Assembly (NCBI GenBank): GCA_000004985.1
Contig: GG738880.1
Source of the DNA: Naegleria gruberi
Lineage: Eukaryota
Direction: 5' to 3' (one strand)
DNA: 64,000 nucleotides
How positions within the stretch are numbered: position 1 is the stretch's first letter; each line of letters opens with the position of its first letter. Shown here in pieces: positions 43,788 through 53,700 of this stretch. Under the pieces are notes generated by a model, which made no database searches, had not been told where the DNA came from, and saw only the letters and a list, made by a program, of their open reading frames with translations. Position numbers and translations under genes: made by a program.

Positions 43788-46172
43788 TTAAACTGAAGAT
43801 AAATGTTGGAAAGCAAATAAGGCAAATGATTGGAAAACCAGAACAAACAATAAAGAAACAACCAAACATTGGAAAATTCTCATAGAACACAAATAATAAG
43901 TTGAGGATTCTTCAGAACAATCTTCATCGTGGTAATCTTGATCGTGTCTTTCATCGTGCTTGGAATTGGATGCGGCTAGGTCAGTATCATGGTTGGATGG
44001 AATGATAATTGGTTGAGAATGATCATCGTGGAGGTTATGGTGGTGTTCATGTTGTTGATTCTTTTTTGGTTTCGTATAGTAAATGCATTCGTCTTCGTTT
44101 AAAATTTCTTCGTCGTCTGCGTCAGATTCTTCAGATTCTGAAGTGAATTCGTAATTAATTACTTCACATGGACTCTTCTCTTCTTCTTTCAAATGTTGAA
44201 TAACTTCTTTCGGATTTGAAACTTTATCTGAAATCAATTCTTGTTTTGGCGGGAATTTCACAATGGAAAGTTTGGATGGTCCACTAGCTCTGAAAGGAGG
44301 ATTGACTATTTCTTTTGGTTGTTCTGGTGGAAATTGGAGAGGTGGAATGAAAACAGAATTGCAGATTATTTCATCACGATGCTTTGGAATCATCATCTTG
44401 GTTTCTGTTTCAGGTTTCTTTTCGAATATAATCTTGTCACTTTCTTTCTTATCTTCTAGATGAATCATTGGTTCATCCTCAGTTGCAACTTGTTGTTGCT
44501 CATCTGCACTTCCATCAGGACCAATAACTATCCAATGAATCACCTTATGAAGAATCAACCAATAGTAAAGCAAATTCATTGCAGTTGACTTGATGAAATT
44601 TTCAATTGGAGACAAACCACAGTGATTCATCTTGTACTTATCAATAAAATCTCTCTTCTTATTGAATTGAAGAAGTAATTGACGAAGTACGAGCATACTT
44701 TCCTTATGAAGATCATTTCTAATTAATTCAAAGTCTTCAATTCCTTCTTTGGATTTTCCTGACATTCCAATGGTGAGAATATCGAATGATCTCATCTTGA
44801 GATGCTTGGCCAATTCTCTCTTTTTATCAAGAATATTTCTGTCATTGCCAACTAAATCAGTTTTTGTGGCCACTACCAAATATGGAATTCCTTTCGAATC
44901 TAAATAGTGTTGAATTGATTTGGTAATTTGCAATTCTTTTTCATTAAATTCAATTGGAATGGTTAGCATTACCAAATCATGGCACATCACTTGTTGAATC
45001 CTGCCACCTGCCTTAATATTCTCGAATCCATACTCAACCATCTTGTCGCTCATTTCACTTGCAAACATTCCAACATATAATTGTGAAAGTAATTTACAAT
45101 AATTTGGACATTGGTCTTGAGAATCAATTCCTGGCATGTCTGTAAAGATAATTCTTTGAGTAGTGATTTGATCTGAAATGTCAGAATCTATTGGTTGAAA
45201 CATGACAGAACATCTGGAGATGTTTTCATCCCATTTGTAATAGGAAAGTTGGGATTCGTCTTGTGTGACTTGGTGGGTTCTGGTACCATGATCTAAATTT
45301 CTATAAATTGGTCTGAAAACAAGTTTAGGATATGATTCAGAGTTTGGAAGAATTCGTTCACTTTCGAATTCCATAACTGAGGAAAGCAAGGACTTGAGTT
45401 GTGATTTTCCACTTGATGAGCAACCAGCCATGATAACATTCAAAGAAGGAAGTTCTTCACTCATCAATTGTTCCATTTTCCTATTATGGATGTTCAATTC
45501 ACAATTGACTTGCTTTCGTAAAGTTTCCAATGATGGCAAATGATTCATTCTTACATTATTCTTCATTTTAGGATTCAACAATCTAGGAGATGATCTTTCT
45601 GAACGAGGAGTCATTTCACAATCTGAACTAAATGAGGAATAAGCCATTTCGAATAGAGATTGTTTTGGAATTTGGACTTCTAAAGGAGATCTCTCAATTT
45701 CTTGAGTACATTCAGATGAGGAAGTTGAAATCTCAGAAACACATGAATCTAACCTTTCCAATTTGAGATTAGTTTGGAAAGATGACGAATCTTTCAAATC
45801 TTCCTCAGGAATAATTAATTGTTGTGAATTAAACAATAAAGGATCTTCTGAGGAGTATGAATCAGAATCTAGATTGAATAGTAAATTATTACAATAAACT
45901 GGATACTGGTTGAAACCAACATCACTTGTGCTGTTGAGTGGCATGTAACCTAATCCGAAACAAGTATTCGAATCACGAAGAGAATTACTCAATCTTTGAC
46001 TTGTGGAGAAGGTTTCTTCAATAGTGGTGGTGTTACTAATTTGAATTGGAGAGGCAATTCGTTGGAAATTCTTATTCGAATTTGATGATGGTTGTTCGAA
46101 AGTAGAAGAATTCAAACTTTGTTTAGCTTGCTCTTCATGAAAGTAATCTGAAACAATGATTTTATCTTTCAT
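43788..46172 (-). CDS. Dynamin-superfamily-like large GTPase with C-terminal transmembrane anchor
   Basis: 794 aa. G1 MAGCSSSGKSQ, G3 IIFTDMPG, G4 VVATKTDLV. Followed by an acidic/His-rich region and a C-terminal hydrophobic helix (IFQCLVVSLLFVLVFQSFALFAF). Confidence 0.45.
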   Translation of the reverse strand: MKDKIIVSDYFHEEQAKQSLNSSTFEQPSSNSNKNFQRIASPIQISNTTTIEETFSTSQRLSNSLRDSNTCFGLGYMPLNSTSDVGFNQYPVYCNNLLFNLDSDSYSSEDPLLFNSQQLIIPEEDLKDSSSFQTNLKLERLDSCVSEISTSSSECTQEIERSPLEVQIPKQSLFEMAYSSFSSDCEMTPRSERSSPRLLNPKMKNNVRMNHLPSLETLRKQVNCELNIHNRKMEQLMSEELPSLNVIMAGCSSSGKSQLKSLLSSVMEFESERILPNSESYPKLVFRPIYRNLDHGTRTHQVTQDESQLSYYKWDENISRCSVMFQPIDSDISDQITTQRIIFTDMPGIDSQDQCPNYCKLLSQLYVGMFASEMSDKMVEYGFENIKAGGRIQQVMCHDLVMLTIPIEFNEKELQITKSIQHYLDSKGIPYLVVATKTDLVGNDRNILDKKRELAKHLKMRSFDILTIGMSGKSKEGIEDFELIRNDLHKESMLVLRQLLLQFNKKRDFIDKYKMNHCGLSPIENFIKSTAMNLLYYWLILHKVIHWIVIGPDGSADEQQQVATEDEPMIHLEDKKESDKIIFEKKPETETKMMIPKHRDEIICNSVFIPPLQFPPEQPKEIVNPPFRASGPSKLSIVKFPPKQELISDKVSNPKEVIQHLKEEEKSPCEVINYEFTSESEESDADDEEILNEDECIYYTKPKKNQQHEHHHNLHDDHSQPIIIPSNHDTDLAASNSKHDERHDQDYHDEDCSEESSTYYLCSMRIFQCLVVSLLFVLVFQSFALFAFQHLSSV

Positions 46173-46384
46173 TTTATTTTCTAAGGCTAAAATACAAAAA
46201 TGTACTTTCAGTTTTTGAATGAAACGTTTTTAGAGAATTTCTAAAAATGGAAATTGGTAAAATTTACAAAAGAATTAGAAAATGGAAAGAGAGTCGACTA
46301 TCTGTGTCCATTCTATAACAAAGGCAAGTATAATTCCATAATAGAATTTGGGTTGTTGGATGACTGTTCTATTCGAAACTTCCT

Positions 46385-46630
46385 CTACTTTCTGATAATC
46401 ACATAAATTAGAACGAAAGGAGCAAACACAATCACTATTGGAAAACATAAAATTCCCAAACTCACTCCAATAATCCAAATTGCAACTGTCTTTCCAATTT
46501 CATTATTCGAATGTTGCCGATTTGCAACAGGTGCAGATGATGTCGAAGGTGAAACTAAAAAATTCGATAAATCACCACTACTCTGATTATTCTGATTCTT
46601 TGCATTCATCATCGAGGCCTCTGTCACCAT
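46385..46630 (-). CDS. Small hypothetical membrane protein (possibly with a downstream exon)
   Basis: 81-aa ORF with a Ser/Asn-rich N-terminus and a TM helix (IWIIGVSLGILCFPIVIVFAPFVLIYVII). Weak evidence. Confidence 0.25.
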   Translation of the reverse strand: MVTEASMMNAKNQNNQSSGDLSNFLVSPSTSSAPVANRQHSNNEIGKTVAIWIIGVSLGILCFPIVIVFAPFVLIYVIIRK

Positions 46631-46814
46631 TTTTTTATTTGTGAGATCTTACTTCTGACATTTTGACAGCATGTGTGGTCGAGTTCATGGTGGGAATTGG
46701 GCTTTTAGAAAATTGTAATATTTTTGGAGGAAACTTGCAAATTGGGAATTATTGTAAATCCACAGTGTTCTAATTTAGTAAATTAAATTGTTAACAACAA
46801 TTGAAAGTTTCAAC

Positions 46815-48191
46815 TCAGAAATTAGCTATCATTTCGATATCATCACTAATAGCATTACCACCAATATCTAGCTTAGTTAATTGAGTCATTGTGTTAATGT
46901 ATTTAGCTCCTTCATCACTAAGATTATTGTAAGTAATTGAGAGATGAGTGAGTTGATTCAGTTGACTAACATATTTGGCACCTTCGTCGGTAATGTTATT
47001 GCGACCAATATCAAGTTTTCTTAAATTCTTCAATTCACTTATATGTTTGGCACCTTCATCTTCAATGTTGTTGTAAAAAATATCCAAACTAGTTAATTGT
47101 TTCATTTCACTAATAAATTTGGCTCCTATTGATCCAAGACGATTGTAACCAATGTTCAGATTGGTCAGTTGGTTCATTGTTTTTAAATGTCGAGCTCCTT
47201 CTTCACCAATTTTAGCACCACCTATACTAAGATCGGTTAATTGTTTCATTTCAGTAATGTATCTGGCTCCATTAGGACCTATTCCATTTGCTCCAATACA
47301 TAGAATAGTTAATTGTTTCAACTCGCTTACAAATTTGGCACCATTTTCATCAAGCCTGTTGCCTTCAATAAAGAGATAGGTCAGTTTTTTCATTTGGCTT
47401 AAATATTGGGATCCTAGGTTTCCTAGATTATTGTAACCAATATCCAGATGAGTCAATCCTTCCATCTCACTAATGTGACGAGCTCCTTTATCACCAATAC
47501 GATTGCCATGGATGTTAAGATTAGTCAATTGTTTCATTTGACTAATATATTCAGCTCCAGGTTCTCCAATATTATTATTGCCAATATTCATGCAAGTTAA
47601 TTGGCTCATTTGACTAATATATTTGGCTCCTTCGTCCATAATCTTATTGTTACGAATATTAAAATTGGTCAAATGTTTCAATTCACTAAAACATTTAACT
47701 CCTTCATTACCAATCTTATTGTCCTCAACATTAAGATTAGTTAATTGTTTCAATTGAGGAATGCACTTGGCACCTTCATTACGAATCTTACTACGTATAG
47801 TAAGATTATTCAACGATCCCATAAACTCCAATACATGGCAATCAAATGTATTGAAATATTGGTTCACGTTAAGACTTTGAATATTTTGTAAAAATCGTCC
47901 TCCCAATGTCAATTCATTTTCACATTTCAATGAAAGAAATTTACATCTTTCCAACACGACATTCAACCACTGTTTCGAAACCAATGCACAACTCATCACT
48001 ATAAATCTAAAATCATCCCGAAGAAAAGATAAAATTTCATACAATACATCATCGGGCAATATTTCTTTATCAGAATTTAATTTTTTAAATTTTCTTTCTG
48101 ATTGGAAATTGCTAATTATTAATTGATCGTCGGCTACATGCGATTGATCATTGTGATCATCTTGAAAGACTTTTCTATTTCGTTTGCTCAT
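46815..48191 (-). CDS. F-box / RNI-like (ribonuclease-inhibitor-type) leucine-rich-repeat protein
   Basis: 458 aa. F-box-like LPDDVLYEILSFLRDDFRFIVMSCALVSKQWLNVV, then about 12 regular 24-residue RI-type LRRs (LTxLxIGxNxIGxxGAKxISxMKQ). Confidence 0.6.
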   Translation of the reverse strand: MSKRNRKVFQDDHNDQSHVADDQLIISNFQSERKFKKLNSDKEILPDDVLYEILSFLRDDFRFIVMSCALVSKQWLNVVLERCKFLSLKCENELTLGGRFLQNIQSLNVNQYFNTFDCHVLEFMGSLNNLTIRSKIRNEGAKCIPQLKQLTNLNVEDNKIGNEGVKCFSELKHLTNFNIRNNKIMDEGAKYISQMSQLTCMNIGNNNIGEPGAEYISQMKQLTNLNIHGNRIGDKGARHISEMEGLTHLDIGYNNLGNLGSQYLSQMKKLTYLFIEGNRLDENGAKFVSELKQLTILCIGANGIGPNGARYITEMKQLTDLSIGGAKIGEEGARHLKTMNQLTNLNIGYNRLGSIGAKFISEMKQLTSLDIFYNNIEDEGAKHISELKNLRKLDIGRNNITDEGAKYVSQLNQLTHLSITYNNLSDEGAKYINTMTQLTKLDIGGNAISDDIEMIANF

Positions 48192-48290
48192 TTTTTTTGA
48201 ATATTTATCAAATAAGAAATAGTCAACTGGAAAGCTTATGGAATCAGTTGTTCAAGTGAGTGATTAATTGTTCTGCAATCGTGTTGTAAT

Positions 48291-48363
48291 CCCCCTTAGC
48301 TCAGTCGGTAGAGCGTCAGACTGTTAATCTGCAGGTCGGTGGTTCGAGCCCACCAGGGGGAGT
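48291..48363 (+). tRNA. tRNA-Asn (anticodon GTT)
   Basis: TCCCCCT TA GCTCAGTCGGTAGAGC G TCAGA CTGTTAA TCTGC AGGTC GGTGG TTCGAGC CCACC AGGGGGA G. A 7-bp acceptor stem, canonical D-arm, anticodon loop CTGTTAA, T-arm GGTGG/CCACC with TTCGAGC loop, and discriminator G. Confidence 0.75.
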
Positions 48364-48515
48364 TGTAATTTTTGTTTCTGACATTTTGAACCAAATATTT
48401 TTCAAAGAAGAATGTTCTAAACTATGAAGAATTAAGCTGAATATTCTTCAATAAGGGAGTGGTTCTTTTGCAAAATCAATTTTGAGCTAAGAAATTTTGG
48501 AGTTTCTTTTGTTTA

Positions 48516-49241
48516 TTAACACAACAACTCTGAAATGGAAATTTTCATTCGTCTTGTAGTGGAGGAGGACCTTGTCGAGATCAATTGCTTGTGAGGTTTC
48601 GACATCTTGTGTTGTTTATGTATCTTGCTGTTATTTGTCTGAAGAGTGAATGAATCAATTTGATCCCACAATTTACTGTACAAGTCTTCCTTTTCTGGAA
48701 AGTGAACATTCGAATAGGTTCTACTAGGTGAATGTTCTACTGTAGTGGTCGTTGTAACAGTTGTTGTTGGTGAAGAAGGACAATTTGGAAAGTTAGCAAC
48801 AATATTCGAATAGACAAGTTTCGTACACTTATTACCAACAAGTGGTGATGGAGGTGAAAGTTTAGAAAGATGAGCTGGTCTTGGATAGAATGAGGCTGTG
48901 TTAGTAGTTTTGATTGTGGTTGGTGCGTAAGGCATGAGTAAGTTAGCAATATTGGTATGTGAAAGATTATTCGAAAGTGGACTATTTGTTGGATTAATGT
49001 GAGGAGATCTTGGAGAATTGGTTTGGGGTTGATTGTGAGTGATGGAGGTGGATGTTGAGGTTGTGGAAATGGTTGGAGGTGAAACGCAAGCTGTTTGTCT
49101 TTGAGCTGAAACAGTATTCGAATCATTAGAAGACGAAACTTCTGATCTTGTAGGTGATGCAGGACTGCCAGTTGTCAATTGACCATTCTCTGTTGACAAT
49201 GTTGAAGCGTAGAGTTGAAATAACTTTTTGTTTCTCTTCAT
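48516..49241 (-). CDS. Hypothetical Ser/Thr/Pro-rich low-complexity protein
   Basis: 241-aa ORF with ATG at 49241. The composition is dominated by S/T/P/N and no domain is recognised. It could be a real low-complexity protein or a spurious ORF. Confidence 0.3.
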   Translation of the reverse strand: MKRNKKLFQLYASTLSTENGQLTTGSPASPTRSEVSSSNDSNTVSAQRQTACVSPPTISTTSTSTSITHNQPQTNSPRSPHINPTNSPLSNNLSHTNIANLLMPYAPTTIKTTNTASFYPRPAHLSKLSPPSPLVGNKCTKLVYSNIVANFPNCPSSPTTTVTTTTTVEHSPSRTYSNVHFPEKEDLYSKLWDQIDSFTLQTNNSKIHKQHKMSKPHKQLISTRSSSTTRRMKISISELLC

Positions 49242-49907
49242 TTCGTATTATTATTGTGTAGACGAAAGTAATTTCACTTGTTTCACTTTTTTTTGTTGGT
49301 GAGATTCGTGCTTATGCATTAGAAAGGGTGAATTTAGAATGAGAAAAGCGATTGTTTTTTTGCGTGTCAAATGGTTGACATCCGACAGTTGGAGTTAGGA
49401 TTCGGCTGATGTGAAGATGAATAGTTTGCCGAATCTCTTTATGATTGTAAAGTTTGAATGACACAAACACGAATCCATAAGTCATCAACGAATCCGTAAC
49501 GAATCACCATCACCAATTGATTAATACCATTTGTGTAATTTGTGTTTGTGTTTGGAAGTAAACAGTTTTTTGATATTGTAATCAAACTATACAGCATTCA
49601 GTTACATTTTTGATTATTGAAAATGCAATTACATTGATATGTGTTTGTATTGTATACTCACAATTATTATTGGCACAACCAACTTTCTAATTGATAAATC
49701 AAAAAGGAGTTAAAACTCCGTCATGCTGAAATTGTTATTTCTTAATACTCCAAGCTACATTTTTCAAAAAAAAACTCAATAAGTCATCTCCGAAGAAGAA
49801 AATTTCAAGCTCTATTTCTCTACTACTAACCAGTAACAATGTACTAAGATTCACAACATGACCTTACTTCTAATTTAAAAAAAAATGAAATCAATAAATT
49901 CTTCCAG

Positions 49908-50572
49908 TCTGTTTGCTGTTGTTGCAATGATGCACTCCTTAATCCTTCTGATGATAATGGGAGAGTTAAAGTTCTTCATTCTGGAATTTCTTCTGGAGAT
50001 GGTGTAACAAGACAATTTTCAATCTCCTTGACTTGTGATGTGAATGGTCCTGAACGTCCAACACTCACAACTTCTGGTGAACCAAGAGAGGGAGGCACTA
50101 CAAACTACACACCTCAGAAAGATACTAAAGCAAGAAATGAGCTAAAACAAAAAATTAGCGTGAAACAAAAAACATGTGCGACGAGAAAAGCAAGCCAAAA
50201 AGAATCGTTTCCTAATCCTTGCTTTGGGTGCGAATAGATTGTAGTGATATTATCACTTATCAATTCAGTGGTTCCTCAAAGATTGCTTGTCCTGGTGCTG
50301 TTCCAATGCCAGTTCCGGGAGGAGATGATTTGCCATTACGTCAATTCGGATTTGGAGGATTGATTATGACATTGGCTCTTATTGCTCTTGCGCTTTACTT
50401 TATCATTGGATTCCTAGTGATGAAATTCAAATTGCAAAAGACTGGATTGGAAACTATTCCACATGTTGCTTTCTGGAAGGATTTGCCATTCCTTTTCAAA
50501 GATGGTGTCATGTTACCTGTTGATCTCATTAAGGGACTTACTGGAAAAATGAAATATCAAGATGTTGCTTAA
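49908..50572 (+). CDS. Mannose-6-phosphate receptor homology (MRH) membrane protein, cation-dependent MPR-like; partial and uncertain gene model (5' exon(s) not resolved)
   Basis: The frame entering at the strong acceptor TTCTTCCAG|TCT (49908) encodes ...NPSDDNGRVKVLHSGISSGDGVTRQFSISLTCDVNGPERPTLTTS. A putative intron 50077..50237 follows (GTGAAC...AATAG, phase 1). The last exon is 50238..50572: DCSDIITYQFSGSSKIACPG...TM (LIMTLALIALALYFIIGFLV)...KTGLETIPHVAFWKDLPFLFKDGVMLPVD. This matches CD-MPR blocks (VMISCNRH..., DCFYLFEMDSSLACS, TM, FPHLAFWQDL). An upstream ATG at 49885 gives a signal-peptide-like MKSINSSSLFAVVAMMHSLILLMIMG in a different frame. Confidence 0.4.
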
Positions 50573-50780
50573 ACTAGATAGCAAGTTATTCGAATATGAT
50601 TGAGAATATTTGTAAAATTAACGTTTTTTTGTTTGGATGGATTAATAACTCTAATACTGATTCAGTCATAACATTAAAGTTTTAATCCTTCATCTCTAGC
50701 TGTTGCCATTATTCACACTGAAACCCTATTAATACATTTTCAACCTGTCAAACTTCAATAATAAAATAAAAAACCCCAAA

Positions 50781-53700
50781 ATGCCATCCAAGAAGAAGAA
50801 GCAGCCAAAAACGCCTTCTTCCTCCTCTTCAGAAGATGAAGATCATCTCCAACACAACAACAACAACACTTCACCGCTTCCCTATGTTTCTTCTTGGTTA
50901 CCTCCTTCATTGTTGCATTCTCCGTCATCACCAACGACAAATTCATCATCACCGACTACGATTTACGCGCCAACAACGTCTCAAGGTGTTGTAGGAAAAT
51001 CAAACTCTAAGAATAAGAAGAAGAATAATCGGAATGATGATGCTGATGAGAATCATGATGGAAGAAATATTAATATTAATAATTTGAATAATTTGAATAG
51101 TAATAATAACGTTGATAATAATGATGAGAAAACACTCTCTGATATGGACGATGAGTGGAATCACATCATTGAACAATATCACTCCCTCATCAGGAATAAG
51201 CAAAATAATGAACATGAGGCTAATCATGATTTATTCAATATTATTGAAGGAAATTCGGCCACACCAAATTATGGAAGTTATGATGATCAATATAATTTAC
51301 CTTCATATGCTGATAGGAGAAAATCAATGCTCGTCTTTCCAACATCAACCATCCTCTCTTCATCACCAAATAACAACAATAATAATAATAATAAGGAGAA
51401 TGATAAGAAGAAGAAGAGAAAGTTTGCATCACTGAGGAGGAAGAATAGAAATCAACAAAATTTACCAAGTGATGAAGAAACAGAACAACAACTCCATCAT
51501 CATCACTATAATGAAACAGTGCAGCCAACAGATCCTGACTTTCCAACATTGTCCTTCTGTGATTTAATGTTAATTGGAGCTGCCACTCAACAACATCCGC
51601 ATGGATTATTGACAAGTGCCACAACAGCAACAACAACAACAACTTCTGGAAGTGTTAGCACGACTCAATCTCCTTCATTGCCGATGGGAATGAGAAATAA
51701 CATTGGAAGTAATTTGCTGGGTTATTACGATCATCATCATCATGCATTATCTTCTTCTCCAATGCTTGGTGGTTCTCCTTCTCTCTCTTCACCAAATGTG
51801 ATTGGAAAAGGTAATGGAGATTTTGGTGGTGGATTTTCACAAGTTGACAAGTCGTTGAATCTAATGCTATTTCCAAATACAGCATCCACAACTCCACTAT
51901 CACCTTCATTTCCAACAAGTACTGCGCTCAGCACTAAACCACTTTCATTGGATTTATCAAAATTAAAAGCAAAATCAGCAGCTAGTCAGGCAGCTAGTTG
52001 TCAAACACCTGAAGTTTCGGATAAGAAGAAGATTTTTAAACGAAGAGAAAGGTCTGCATCATCATTTTCATTAGGAGGCAGTAAACAACATCCAGATAGT
52101 CCAAGTCAGAGACATCACCGATTGAATAATTCAGATTCAAATTCAAATTCAAGATTACAACAAGGAATGTCATTCACAAAGTGGTCGGAACTCATTCAAA
52201 ACAATGGTGCATTTGCGAGAATTAATAACATTTCGCCCTCTTCACCTGCTCTGGGACAGAATGATGAAGATTCACAGAGTAATGGAAATGCAAATGATAT
52301 TCTTTCACATGATAGTACGGAAATTTTCGATCAGTTGGAGGATATTCTTTCCTATCAGCTGCCAATCAGCCCTAGGTATAGAACCTATTCTAAATCATCG
52401 AATACAAGGAGGGATACCTCCGAGACACTCAATGATGAAGAGCAACAACAACAGCAGCAGTCACAACAACATGATGAAACACGAACGAGTGAGGATATTA
52501 TTGGAGATGAGGAAGAGGATGAAATGGACGATCTCATAGATGGAGCCATTAGTAATTTCAATCGAGCCACTGACAGTAGCACTGAACAAGGAGATAAATC
52601 CTCTTCAAATAATCCTGTGGATTTACAATTTGCATTGATTGGAAGTCGTGGAAAGATGGCCGATTGGGTCAAAGAAAAGGAGAAGGAAAAGGAGACTCTT
52701 CCACAAAATTTGCCATCTCTTAGGGAGGGAAGATCTCCACAAGAGACTAGAAAGGGAGACCCCTCACGACAACACATTTCAAAAACTAGATTTTCATTCA
52801 CTTCACGCTCTGCAGTTAATTTGAATTCTGTTAACAATAATCAAAAATCACTTATTGAAGATATCGATTCTGAAAAATCGACATCATTTACTGAGGGAAA
52901 TTCTCCTCAATTTAGACCAAAGGGAAGAAAGAGAAGTTTAAGCCATATGATGGTTAATGCAAGTGTTTGCTTGCATTTTGCAATTGACAAGTAAGTAATT
53001 TGTTATACTTTCATTTTTTAACATTTCTAATTATTATAATACTTTCGTGTTTTTTATAATATAGTTTTAAGGGAATTGATGAATTTATCAAGGAAGAACA
53101 AGAGAAGGTCAATCTTAGAAATGAAAATAATTCAACCACTGATGATCAATCATTCTGTGTCCAGTTACATGTCTTGCACAGAGTCAAGAAATCTAACAAT
53201 ACCTATGCATGGATTTCACTCATTCACACTCAAAATGTAAACCTCCTCGATTTGGAATCATTCAACTCATCAGACAAGAGTAAAATCACATCTGATGTTG
53301 TCCATTTCGAAACTAGTGCTACCTTACCATTCAATTTTGAAAAGATTACACCACTCCTCTTTGCACTCATCAGTACACGAACAAATCAAGTGCTAGGTTC
53401 CTATGAGGGTTGTTTGGCAGAGATTTGTGGAAGTCAGCAGCTAATGATACGAAGAAAACTCATCAAGCAAAAGAAACACTTTTGTGATTTGGTAGTCAAG
53501 GCATCCATACCACCAGGAAATGAGAAACGACTCTCAGTTTTGGAAAATCTTGGAAATACCGTAAGGGAGCAACTCTCGCTGGCTCCACCTCTCGATTTAT
53601 TCAATGATATTCCCACAACAGAGTCTCCTCTCATTTCAGATTCGAGCTCTTCAGTAACTCCTGATATGAATAATGATGGTTCACTCCTGAGAAAGAAATT

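Noticed and set aside
49885-50007. ATG-initiated 40-codon ORF MKSINSSSLFAVVAMMHSLILLMIMGELKFFILEFLLEMV taken as a stand-alone small membrane protein
   Set aside because: It is more likely the signal-peptide region of the MRH/CD-MPR-like gene, in a frame that conflicts with the downstream exon (a missing exon or a frameshift). I did not call it as a separate gene.
52991-53064. Treating 50781..52994 (low-complexity ORF with TAA stop) and the copine core as two separate genes
   Set aside because: The TAA overlaps a canonical GTAAGT donor. The phase-2 donor and the phase-2 acceptor at 53065 join the frames exactly, and the copine exons lack their own initiator. The single-gene model is preferred, but the two-gene alternative is kept in the findings.
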